From NCBI GenBank assembly GCA_947477565.1, contig CANJUR010000015.1:13470-77469 (forward strand): a stretch of DNA of 64,000 nt, read 5' to 3'. The stretch is from Deltaproteobacteria bacterium (GTDB lineage: Bacteria > Myxococcota_A > Polyangia > Polyangiales > Ga0077539). Shown here piece by piece: positions 40,732-49,438 of this stretch. The first letter of the stretch is position 1; every line of letters begins with the position of its first letter. The notes under the pieces were generated by a model. That model was given only the letters and a program-made list of their open reading frames with translations, searched no databases and had not been told where the DNA came from. A program made the translations under genes and the position numbers.

Positions 40732-41918
40732 TGCCCTGCATCACCGCGGAATCCGCCGTCGACCTGGACCCCTCTGGCGAGCGCGTCACCCTGCTGCGCG
40801 ACGGCGTCGAGGCGCTGCCGGCGATGCTGAAGGCCATCCGCGCTGCGCTGCGCGAGGTGGTGCTGGAGATGTACTGGCTTGACTCCAGCATGGCGGGCAA
40901 GGTGGTCGTCGAGGCGCTCACGCAACGCGCTCGGGCGGGCGTCGCGGTGTATCTCATCTACGACGCCATCGGATCGCTCGGCGTCGATGGCGCCATGTAC
41001 GACGACCTCCTGGCGTCGGGTGCGCGGGTGCTGGAGTTCAACCCCATCGCCCCGTGGCGGCGGCGGTTTCGCCTGGGGTGGGTGTCCCAGCGCGACCACC
41101 GGAAGATGCTGGTGGTGGACGAGCGCATCGCCTTCGTGGGCGGGCTCAACCTTGGGCTGCCGTGGCTCTGCATCGCCGACGGAGGCGGCGGCTGGCGCGA
41201 CGACGTGGCTCTGGTGATCGGCCCCACCGCCGCGCGGGTGCGAGCACTTTTCTTCGAGACCTGGGCGCGGCAGGGGGGCGAGTGTCCGAAGAACCTCCGG
41301 GTGTTCACCTCCCGCGAGCGGGCGCAGGCTGCGCGGGAAGAGCTCGGCGTCTCCACCATGAGCAGGGTGCACCCTCCGGTCGCGGTGCTGGGCCACGACG
41401 CCTGGGGTGCGCGCTGGGCGATCCGTCGGGCGTACCTCTCGCGCATCCGCAGCGCTGAGCGTCGTGTGCTCATCGCGAACTCGTATTTCATCCCCGACAT
41501 GCGGGTGAAGCGCGCGCTGAAATACGCTGCGCAGCGGGGCGTGGAGGTGCGCGTGATCGTCCCGGGGACGAGCGACGTACCCGCGGTGAAGTACGCCACC
41601 GAGTGGCTGTACACGGACCTCATGGAGGCGGGCATCCACGTGCACGAGTGGAAGCACGGGATCCTCCATTCGAAGACCCTGCTCGTCGATGATTGGGCGA
41701 CGACTGGGAGTTACAACCTCGATTACCGATCGTTTCGTTACAACCTCGAGGCCAACCTCGCGAGCACCGATCCGGCCTTTGTCGCCGCCGTCGAGGCCTC
41801 CATGCGGAAAGACCTCGCGGAGTTCACCGTCGAGGTCGAACTGGCGAAGTGGAAGCGGCGACCGACCTTCGACAAGGTGCGCTCGTGGAGCTTCTATCTG
41901 CTCCGGAAGATGCTCTAA
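40731..41918 (+). CDS. Phospholipase D / cardiolipin-synthase-like protein (two HKD motifs)
   Basis: HRKMLVVDERIAFVGGLN and HSKTLLVDDWATTGSYNLD. The ATG shares one base with the GST stop (TGATG). No N-terminal TM seen. Confidence 0.85.
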   Translation: MPCITAESAVDLDPSGERVTLLRDGVEALPAMLKAIRAALREVVLEMYWLDSSMAGKVVVEALTQRARAGVAVYLIYDAIGSLGVDGAMYDDLLASGARVLEFNPIAPWRRRFRLGWVSQRDHRKMLVVDERIAFVGGLNLGLPWLCIADGGGGWRDDVALVIGPTAARVRALFFETWARQGGECPKNLRVFTSRERAQAAREELGVSTMSRVHPPVAVLGHDAWGARWAIRRAYLSRIRSAERRVLIANSYFIPDMRVKRALKYAAQRGVEVRVIVPGTSDVPAVKYATEWLYTDLMEAGIHVHEWKHGILHSKTLLVDDWATTGSYNLDYRSFRYNLEANLASTDPAFVAAVEASMRKDLAEFTVEVELAKWKRRPTFDKVRSWSFYLLRKML

Positions 41919-42013
41919 ACGGGCTTATGGAGATGGGTGCTCGGATTGCCAGCGCGTCGGCGGATATGGCAAAAGTCGGTCACGGCATTGGCACGGTGGA
42001 GCGTCGAACAGAC

Positions 42014-43660
42014 ATGAGCGTCATGCGGTCGAAGACAGTGGTGATCGCGGCGGTCTGGGCGCTCGGATGCGCGGACGAACCGAAGGCGTTTCGTCCCGAC
42101 GCGGGCGTCCGGGACGTGGGCGCTGCGGACACCGGGGCGCGCGTCGATACGGGCGCCGCGGTGACCGAAGACGCGGGCTTCGCGGTCGATCGGCCACCCG
42201 TGCAGACGATGCGTGATTTCGTGCGTCCCGGCGCTCCGACGGACTCGCCGACGCGCTTCGATGGCGGTGACAACCCTGCCGCGGCTCCGTCGGTGGTGTA
42301 TCCCGAAAACGAGACCATCATTCCGCCCAATCTCCCTTCTTTCGAAGTTCATTTTCGAGCAGGGACGGGGAATGACCTCTTCGAGGTTTCCTTTACCGGC
42401 GCGGTGACCGTCGCGCGCTTCTACACCCGCTGCGACGCCGTCGGCGGCGGGTGCTCGCTCACCCTCAACGAGACCGACCTCGCGCAGGTGGCAGACGCGG
42501 CACGCGGCCGCGGAAACGTTACCGTGACCGTCCGCGGCACCCATTCGCCGGACGGCTCGACGGAGGTCGGCGCGGTCGGCCGTTCGACGCCCATCACCCT
42601 CGGCGTGACGCGCGACTCGCTCCGCGGTGCCGTGTACTGGTGGGCCTCGTCGGGCAGCATCGTCCGTTACGACATGGGCACCGCGGGCTCGCGGCCAGAG
42701 CTGTTTCTCCGCGGTGACGTGTTCAACTGTGTCGGCTGTCACGCGCTCTCGCGGGACGGCACGCGCATGTGGGCCGGGCGCGGCCCCATTCCGGGCCTCC
42801 TGGCGACGCCGATTATCGATGTGGCGACGCGCAGCGCCCTGGGCACTCCCTTCAACGCCAGCTTCGGTACTTTCTCTCCCGACAACGCCCGCTACCTCGC
42901 TTCCGACGGCGTCCGGCTCAACCTCCTCAACGGCGCCAACGGGATGCCCGTCCCAGGCCTCGCGGGCGGCACCATCGGATCGATGCCCGACTGGTCCCCG
43001 GACGGCACGCAAGCCGTATTTTCCCGCCCGCAAGTGGTTCCGCCTTTTGCTCCGACGGGGCACTCCGGGGCCGCCGACCTGATGCTCATCCCGTGGTCCG
43101 GGACGGACTTTGGCGCGGCCACTACGCTGCTCCGCAGCACTGGCATCAACAACTATTATCCGTCCTTCTCTCCGGACAACCGTTGGGTACTCTTCAATCG
43201 CGCCACGGGGGAGTCTTCAAGCAACCTTGGCGCGCAGCTCTGGGTCACCCCTGCGGCGGGCGGCGAACCCATTCGCTTGATTCGCGCCGACGGCGGCGAC
43301 GCCAACGGCAATTCCTGGCCGAAGTGGACGCCCTTCGTCGAGCGCACCGGCGGCGAGGTGGACGAGCCCCTGCTCTGGTTCACCTTCACCAGCCGACGCG
43401 ACTACGGCCTTCGTATCCAGCAGCAGGGCCGCGAGCCTGCGATGCGCACCTCGCAGCTCTGGATGGCGGCGTTTCGCCCGACGACGCGCGGCAGCGACCC
43501 GAGCACGCCGGCGTTCTGGCTGCCGTTTCAGAACCTCGACCAGGGCAACCACATCGCCCAGTGGGTGCCCGCGCTGCAGCGCCAGGAGTGCGGTACAGGG
43601 ATGGTTTGCGGCAACAGCGAGACCTGCATTGGCGGTCGCTGTATCGGTGCGCCTCCGTGA
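42014..43660 (+). CDS. Lipoprotein with CXXCH motif, PD40/TolB-like beta-propeller and Cys-rich C-terminal tail
   Basis: Lipobox AAVWALGCAD, NCVGCHA, FSPDNARYL / WSPDGTQAVF / FSPDNRWVLF repeats, and a tail ECGTGMVCGNSETCIGGRCIG. Start is the ATG at 42014. Confidence 0.75.
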   Translation: MSVMRSKTVVIAAVWALGCADEPKAFRPDAGVRDVGAADTGARVDTGAAVTEDAGFAVDRPPVQTMRDFVRPGAPTDSPTRFDGGDNPAAAPSVVYPENETIIPPNLPSFEVHFRAGTGNDLFEVSFTGAVTVARFYTRCDAVGGGCSLTLNETDLAQVADAARGRGNVTVTVRGTHSPDGSTEVGAVGRSTPITLGVTRDSLRGAVYWWASSGSIVRYDMGTAGSRPELFLRGDVFNCVGCHALSRDGTRMWAGRGPIPGLLATPIIDVATRSALGTPFNASFGTFSPDNARYLASDGVRLNLLNGANGMPVPGLAGGTIGSMPDWSPDGTQAVFSRPQVVPPFAPTGHSGAADLMLIPWSGTDFGAATTLLRSTGINNYYPSFSPDNRWVLFNRATGESSSNLGAQLWVTPAAGGEPIRLIRADGGDANGNSWPKWTPFVERTGGEVDEPLLWFTFTSRRDYGLRIQQQGREPAMRTSQLWMAAFRPTTRGSDPSTPAFWLPFQNLDQGNHIAQWVPALQRQECGTGMVCGNSETCIGGRCIGAPP

Positions 43661-44466
43661 GCACCAACGCGCTGCACGAGTGGGCGAAGGCGTATGTGTT
43701 GTCCGATGAGTTGTCGGTAAAGTTCGCGCCCCCGCCGCCGCCTTCCGTTGCCGAAAACGACCCGCCGGCGTCCGCTTGTCCGGAGCTGCGGCCCGGGCAC
43801 CCGGCGGTGTTTCGCCGCATCGAGCGCGCAGAGAAGAGCCCGAAGGCGGGTGCGCTCCGCGATCCGAAGAAGCGTGCGTGGTTGTTTCATACGTTTATGC
43901 ACCACGAATTGCAGGCCGCGGAGTTGATGGCCTGGGCGATCGTTGCATATCCCGATACGCCAGTGGCCTTTCGGCGGGGACTGGCGAATATCTTGTTGGA
44001 TGAAGTGCGGCACATGGTGCTGTACCGGGAAGCGCTCGAGTCCCTGGGCTGCGCGCTCGGGGATTTCGGGGTGCGCGACTGGTTTTGGCAGCGGGTTCCG
44101 GCGGCGAAGAAGCCGGCGGAGTTTTGCGCTGTAATGGGTCTCGGACTCGAGGCCGCCAACCTCGATCACAGCCGGAGATATTCCCAATGGCTGCGCGCGG
44201 CGGGCGATCCGCGCGGCGCCGACCTCCAGGATCTCATCGGCGACGAAGAACTCCCCCATGTGCGGTTTGCGCTGCACTGGTTTCGCCGGTTTGCGGGCGC
44301 TACGGATTTCGCCACCTGGTGCGCGCACCTGCCGCTGCCTCTCTCGCCGGTTCTGCTCCGTGGCCTGCCCCTGGACGTCGATCGTCGCATCCGCACCGGG
44401 ATGGACCCGTTGTTCATTGAGCAACTCGCCGCGGTGCGCTTCGATCCGATGGCCTCGCGATCGTGA
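43657..44466 (+). CDS. DUF455-like ferritin-like diiron protein
   Basis: Contains FMHHELQAAELMAWAI, LLDEVRHMVLY, GLEAANLD and DEELPHVRFA (E/ExxH-type ligand pattern). The GTG start overlaps the upstream stop (GTGA at 43657-43660). Confidence 0.7.
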   Translation: MSTNALHEWAKAYVLSDELSVKFAPPPPPSVAENDPPASACPELRPGHPAVFRRIERAEKSPKAGALRDPKKRAWLFHTFMHHELQAAELMAWAIVAYPDTPVAFRRGLANILLDEVRHMVLYREALESLGCALGDFGVRDWFWQRVPAAKKPAEFCAVMGLGLEAANLDHSRRYSQWLRAAGDPRGADLQDLIGDEELPHVRFALHWFRRFAGATDFATWCAHLPLPLSPVLLRGLPLDVDRRIRTGMDPLFIEQLAAVRFDPMASRS

Positions 44467-45323
44467 GCCGCGAGCCCCGGCTGTGGGTGCTCAACTTCGA
44501 CGCCGAAGACGAGCTGGCCCGGCCCGGCGCGATGACGCCTTCGCCCACGCTTCGCCCACGCTTCGCGCAGCTTGCGGCTCGCACCACGCTGCTCGCGCCG
44601 AACGATCATCGACTGGACGAGTTTGCGCCGGCAGAACCGACATGGCGGGGCATGGCGGGCGCTGCGTGGTGCCCGACGCCGCGGGCGCTGCGGGCGCTCT
44701 CTCGGGCCGGTGCGCGGCTGCCTGCGGCGCCCACGGCGGATGTGTTGCGCGCGGCCAATCACCGTCGGCTGATGAACGGTCGGCTGGAGTCTCTGCCGGG
44801 CGCGCGGTACGTGCACACGCGCGCGGAGTACGAAGAGACCGTCGCGCGGGCGTCGATCACTGGGTCATGGCTGTTGAAGCGGGCGTATTCGTACAACGGG
44901 CGCGGGCGCTGTCGCTGGCGGGAGGGGGCAGACGATCGGCACGTGGCGCGCTGGGTCGATGCCGCGCTCGCGACCGGGGAGGGCCTCCAGGTGGAACCTG
45001 AGGTGCCGCGCACGCTCGATCTCGGATTGCACGGGGAGATCACCCGCGCGGGCGAGGTGCAACGAGGGACGCTCACGGTGCAGCGCGTCGACGCGTTTGG
45101 CGCGTGGGCGGCGACGGAGATCAGCCCACCCGGGACGCTCACGGAGGCCGAGACGAGGCTACTGGAAGATGCACTGCGGGAGGTGGTGACGGCACTGCGG
45201 GACGTGGGGTACTTCGGCCCGTTCGGGGTGGACGCGTACCGTTGGACGGGTGGATTTGTGCCGTGCTGCGACGTGAACGCGCGCTACACGATGGGCTGGG
45301 CCGTGGGGATGTCCGGCGGCTGA
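44463..45323 (+). CDS. Pre-ATP-grasp/ATP-grasp-like hypothetical protein
   Basis: The N-terminus LWVLNFDAEDELA resembles the pre-ATP-grasp module, and the C-terminus has GYFGPFGVDAY. The GTG start overlaps the upstream stop (GTGA at 44463-44466). Confidence 0.55.
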   Translation: MSREPRLWVLNFDAEDELARPGAMTPSPTLRPRFAQLAARTTLLAPNDHRLDEFAPAEPTWRGMAGAAWCPTPRALRALSRAGARLPAAPTADVLRAANHRRLMNGRLESLPGARYVHTRAEYEETVARASITGSWLLKRAYSYNGRGRCRWREGADDRHVARWVDAALATGEGLQVEPEVPRTLDLGLHGEITRAGEVQRGTLTVQRVDAFGAWAATEISPPGTLTEAETRLLEDALREVVTALRDVGYFGPFGVDAYRWTGGFVPCCDVNARYTMGWAVGMSGG

Positions 45324-45331
45324 AGCGCCGC

Positions 45332-46135
45332 TCAGGCGAAACCAAAGAGAGCGCACGCGTTGGTCGTGGTGACCTGCGCGATGTGCTCGACGGTCTGCCC
45401 GCGGAGCGTGGCCAGGCACTGCACGATCACCGGGAGGTCGCCTGGTTCGCAGCGCCGATCGGAGCGATCGACGCCGGTCGGGAGCTGATCGGGCGCGTCG
45501 GTCTCGACGAGCATGCGGTGGTCGGGAACAGCCTTGGCGCTGTCGATGGGGCTGCGCGCGCGCGGTCGGGTGATGGCGCCGCTGAAGGAGAGGTGGAAGC
45601 CGAGATCGGTCCAGGCGCGGACGAGGTCTGGGCCGCCGGAGTAGCTGTGCACCATGCCGCGCTTCGAGGGCAGCGGCACCGACCGGAGCAGCGTGAGCGC
45701 GAGGGCGTGCGAGCGCACCACGTGGAGCACCAGAGGCAGGTCGAGCGCAGCAGCCACCGCGACCTGCGCGAGGAATACATGGCGTTGTAAGAGCGGATCG
45801 ACCACGGCGGGGTCGAGGGACGCGTCGAGGCCGCACTCGCCGATGGCGACAACCCGGTCGCGGTGGGCTTGCACGGTGGACGCGAGATCCTTGAGTCCGC
45901 GGTCGAGAGCAGGGCGAGAGAGCGTGAGCAGCGCGTGGGGGTGGATGCCGAGGGCGACGACGCGCTCGCCGGGGAGGGCGCAGTCGAGGGTGGCGCGCCA
46001 GGTCTCTGGGCGCACCGCGGGGATCACCGCGCGGGTGACTTCCCGGGCGCGAGCGCGCTCCCAGACGGCGTCACGGTCGGACGAGAATGCATGGAGATCG
46101 AGGTGGCAGTGGGCGTCGACGAGGGGGCCGCTCAC
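45332..46135 (-). CDS. TatD-family metal-dependent hydrolase
   Basis: Contains VDAHCHLD, IGECGLD, LVLHVV, HSYSG and LVETDAP. GTG start at 46135 (VSGPLVDAHCH). Confidence 0.85.
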   Translation of the reverse strand: MSGPLVDAHCHLDLHAFSSDRDAVWERARAREVTRAVIPAVRPETWRATLDCALPGERVVALGIHPHALLTLSRPALDRGLKDLASTVQAHRDRVVAIGECGLDASLDPAVVDPLLQRHVFLAQVAVAAALDLPLVLHVVRSHALALTLLRSVPLPSKRGMVHSYSGGPDLVRAWTDLGFHLSFSGAITRPRARSPIDSAKAVPDHRMLVETDAPDQLPTGVDRSDRRCEPGDLPVIVQCLATLRGQTVEHIAQVTTTNACALFGFA

Positions 46136-46401
46136 GAAGGGTTCACGCCGGTCGCGACGGCGCGAGCGAAGGCCTCGCGGACGGCGACGGTGGCGCTCAC
46201 CAGACGACCGCGCACTACGTACGCGTCGGATTCCTTGCGTGATCCTGCCACCTTCAGTGTGAAGGGGTGGGCCTCGTCGAGGGTGCCTTGCGCGGGCGCG
46301 CCGGGCGGAAACGGCCGCGTCGAGCGCACCGTCACTTGAATCGCATTCACCGCAACGACGGTGGCCTCCCCTTCGCCGGACCACCGCACATGACCGTTCA
46401 A
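46132..46401 (-). CDS. Small beta-rich hypothetical protein (PilZ-like fold is only a guess)
   Basis: It sits exactly between smpB and tatD with overlapping stop/start at both ends. It has high GC3. The start is TTG at 46401 or GTG at 46389. Confidence 0.45.
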   Translation of the reverse strand: MNGHVRWSGEGEATVVAVNAIQVTVRSTRPFPPGAPAQGTLDEAHPFTLKVAGSRKESDAYVVRGRLVSATVAVREAFARAVATGVNPS

Positions 46402-46874
46402 TGCATCCTCCGCTTGATGGCCGCGCGAGCCTCGCGGTCGCCTTCGCGGCGCTTGATCTCCTGCCGCCGATCGGCGCCATCCTTGGCGTGCGCGAGGCCG
46501 AGTTCGAGCTTCACCTTGCTATCCTTGAAGTAGGCCTTGAGGGCGATGAGCGTGTAGCCCTTCTGGGAGATCTTGCCGTCGATGCGGTCGATCTCTGCGC
46601 GGTGCGCGAGGAGTCGTCGAGCGCGCTTCTCCTCCTGCTTCGCCCCGGTGGCGAACTTGTACGGCGCGATGTACGCGTTGATCAACGTGAGCTGCCCGTT
46701 GAGCACCATCGCGTACGTGTCGCCGAGCTCCATCTTGCCCGCGCGGAGGCTCTTCACCTCCGGGCCCGTGAGCACGATGCCAACCTCGATGCGTTCGTCA
46801 ACGGTGTAGCGCATCGAAGCGCGACGGTTCTCGGAGATGAGCTTGTACCCGTCAGCGGGGCGCGGCGTGGCCAT
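46398..46874 (-). CDS. smpB: SsrA-binding protein SmpB
   Basis: Contains ISENRRA...Y...E...GIVLTGPEVKSLR, NAYIAPY, RRLLAHRAEI and LIALKAYFKDSKVKLELGLA. Start is the ATG at 46874. Confidence 0.95.
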   Translation of the reverse strand: MATPRPADGYKLISENRRASMRYTVDERIEVGIVLTGPEVKSLRAGKMELGDTYAMVLNGQLTLINAYIAPYKFATGAKQEEKRARRLLAHRAEIDRIDGKISQKGYTLIALKAYFKDSKVKLELGLAHAKDGADRRQEIKRREGDREARAAIKRRMH

Positions 46875-46940
46875 AACCAAGCGGCGGTGTAGCACGACCG
46901 CTCACGCAACGTGCGTTCTCTGGCGTCACGACAAGCGCCC

Positions 46941-47606
46941 ATGCTCCACCCCTCGCTTTCCGGTTTCACTGCGCTTCTCCGCGCCCTCGCCGACCTGCTC
47001 GCCCCGCACGGCTGCGTCGCGTGCAGCGAGCCCGTCACGGCGGAGGCCCTGTGCGATCTCTGCGCGGTCTCGCTACTCGATGCGCCCGATCCGTTGCCCG
47101 GCATCCTCGTCGCCCACGAGCACGGCGGCTCCCTCGCGCGTGCAGTTTACCGAGCCAAGTATGACGGTGACCCCACCCGGGCCTCGCGCCTCGGCGCGCT
47201 GCTGCTCCCGCTCACGGCGGGGCTCGCGCGGCCGGTGGGCTGCGTGATCCCGGTGCCGTTGCACCCGCATCGGCTGCGGCAGCGCGGGTACAACCAGTCC
47301 CTCGAACTCGCCCGCCCGGTGGCGCGCGCCCTGGGCTGCCCCCTGTGGGCCGATGGGCTCGTCCGGCTGCGCGATACGCCCACGCAGACCACGCTGGCGC
47401 GGGCCGAGCGTGCGGCCAACGTGGCGGGGGTGTTTCGCGTCGCGGGGCGAGCATCAATCGTGGGTGCGCACGTTGTACTCATCGACGACGTGGTGACCAC
47501 CGGGGCGACCATGGGCGTCGCGATGGCAGCGGTGCGCGCGGCGGGGGCGTCGTCGGTCACCGGGCTCGCGCTCTCCCGCATGCCCCGCTGGGACGCAAAG
47601 GGATAA
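46941..47606 (+). CDS. ComF family protein (amidophosphoribosyltransferase-like)
   Basis: N-terminal CVACSE...CDLC zinc-finger-like pair, GYNQSLELAR, and the PRTase motif VVLIDDVVTTGATM. Confidence 0.8.
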   Translation: MLHPSLSGFTALLRALADLLAPHGCVACSEPVTAEALCDLCAVSLLDAPDPLPGILVAHEHGGSLARAVYRAKYDGDPTRASRLGALLLPLTAGLARPVGCVIPVPLHPHRLRQRGYNQSLELARPVARALGCPLWADGLVRLRDTPTQTTLARAERAANVAGVFRVAGRASIVGAHVVLIDDVVTTGATMGVAMAAVRAAGASSVTGLALSRMPRWDAKG

Positions 47607-47684
47607 GAGTTGCCCTGAGCGATCGCTCCGCGAACCCGTTACGGCCTATTCAACTTTGGAATGCTGACGGTTACGCCAACGCGA

Positions 47685-48203
47685 TCAGCGTCCGCCGAGC
47701 ATCGACTGCGCGAGGGATTGCAGCGCGCTGCTGCCGCCCGCCTGCTGCCCGAGCTGGACGAGTTGCCCGAGCTGCGCAGGCGAGAAGGTGGGCTGGCTGG
47801 GGGCCTCCCCGTGGTTCGCCCCGGCGAGGCTGCTCGCGATGGTCTGCACCTGCTGCGCGTTGAGCCCGCGCTGCGCGAGTTGCGCGAGCTGCGCGAGCTG
47901 GAGCGCGTTGAGATCCATGGGTGCAGGTGTGTTTGCGGGCGCCGTCGGCGGACGGTTTGCGGGTGCCTCGGGGGCGCCTCCGCCGAGCATCGAGTTGGCC
48001 ATCTGCAGGGGGTTGATCACCACCGGCTGGGCCGCCTGCGTTGCCGGTGGCTGCGCGGTCGCACGATGGCGCCGGGGCGTGCGGCGCCGCACCGGTGCCG
48101 CGGTGCTGGGGCGCGCGGCGGTCGGGGCTGCCTGGGCGTTCGCTTCTCCGAGAAATGCGAACACGGCGGCGAAAGCGAGAAAAGAGAGCTTTCGGTAGAG
48201 CAT
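47685..48203 (-). CDS. Secreted low-complexity Ala/Gln/Leu/Pro-rich protein
   Basis: Signal peptide MLYRKLSFLAFAAVFAFLGEANAQ. Then a Pro/Ala/Thr-rich segment and LNALQLAQLAQLAQRGLNAQQVQ...LGQLVQLGQQAG repeats. Start is the ATG at 48203. Confidence 0.5.
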   Translation of the reverse strand: MLYRKLSFLAFAAVFAFLGEANAQAAPTAARPSTAAPVRRRTPRRHRATAQPPATQAAQPVVINPLQMANSMLGGGAPEAPANRPPTAPANTPAPMDLNALQLAQLAQLAQRGLNAQQVQTIASSLAGANHGEAPSQPTFSPAQLGQLVQLGQQAGGSSALQSLAQSMLGGR

Positions 48204-48273
48204 GGAGTGGGAAGAACGATGACGGCGCGGTGTGTACGGCGTCAAGGTACCGTCGCACCCACGGTGATCGGCT

Positions 48274-49167
48274 TCAGGCGCTGTCGCCGTCGCCCGCAGT
48301 GCGACGGACCCAGAGCATGGCATCCGCGCGTCGCTCGCCGGGCGCGAGGTGCCGTGACAGGACGCCGGTACGCCGGTAGCCGGCCCCGATAAACACCGCG
48401 CCGAGAAGCGGGCTGTCCACCGGGGGCATGGCGAAGGTGCAGCCGATATCGCGCGCCTTGAGGGCCTCGTGCAGGCCGTGGAGCGCGCCGGACAGCACGC
48501 GCGCCTCGTCGGTTTTCGTGGGCACCAACGGGATCTGCACATAGGCGTTGCCGAAGGGCTCCTGGAGTTCGGCGGTGACGACCTGCACGGTGGTGCGCCC
48601 GCGCGCGACGACGTGCAGACGGTCACCGGAGCGGAGGAAGCGCTCGTCAAACCAGGCGGCGGTCTTGCGGTTGCGCGCCGGTGCGATGCCCTGCGCGGTC
48701 GCCTGGAGGTCGTTGAGAACCTCGATCTTGAGGCCCTTCACTGCGGTGATTTCGACTGCCAGCTTGCGGGCCTGCACGAGAATCTTCTCGGCGGCGGCGG
48801 TGTCTGCGGGCGGCGTGAGGGGTGCGCCGTCTTCATCGACGAGCGGCGGATCGCTGATCACGCGCCCCATCAGGTAAGCGTCGGAGCGCTTGTAATACCC
48901 GGGAATGGTGCCCTCGCGGGCGAACCCGACCTTGGCCCAGCCGAGGCTCTCTTCCTTCTCGACAAAGGTATAGATGCGGGCGATGCCCTCGCGTCGGGCG
49001 AGCTCGTCGAGGCGCTGCTGCTTCAGCGGGAAGTTGCCAGCGAGGAAGTCCACCAGGCGCGCGGTGCGCTGCCGACGGTTGACGATGAGGCTGACGTGGA
49101 TGCCCTCCCGTCGATACGAAACCTCTTCGATGACGGACCGTGGGTTCGTCTGGATCTGCATGGACAT
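48274..49167 (-). CDS. Two-lobed GNAT-like acetyltransferase (beta-lysine N-acetyltransferase AblB/YodP-like by eye)
   Basis: The core GIARIYTFVEKEESLGWAKVGFAREGTIPGYYKRSDAYLMGRVI resembles the AblB/YodP core. The second half ends FIGAGYRRTGVLSRHL. Confidence 0.5.
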   Translation of the reverse strand: MSMQIQTNPRSVIEEVSYRREGIHVSLIVNRRQRTARLVDFLAGNFPLKQQRLDELARREGIARIYTFVEKEESLGWAKVGFAREGTIPGYYKRSDAYLMGRVISDPPLVDEDGAPLTPPADTAAAEKILVQARKLAVEITAVKGLKIEVLNDLQATAQGIAPARNRKTAAWFDERFLRSGDRLHVVARGRTTVQVVTAELQEPFGNAYVQIPLVPTKTDEARVLSGALHGLHEALKARDIGCTFAMPPVDSPLLGAVFIGAGYRRTGVLSRHLAPGERRADAMLWVRRTAGDGDSA

Positions 49168-49438
49168 CGGCAGTGCACCCCGCTGTTGCAGATCGCTGGA
49201 AAGGCTTCTCTCCGGCGCCGCTTCAGCTTTTAAGTGACTCTTTAGTCAAGGGCTTTTATGAAGTCAACAAGGTTTTGACAGGGTATGTCAGCTGCTAGTG
49301 CGTGGAGTTGAACTTTAGATTCATATGCACGGTAAACCCTTCGTCCCGGGTGGGAGACGAAGGGGCCGTGTCAGGCGGTCGGACGGGGGCGAAAGGGAAA
49401 TTCAGGAAGGGACGAGGCGGGGGAAGGCCAGGCGCAGA

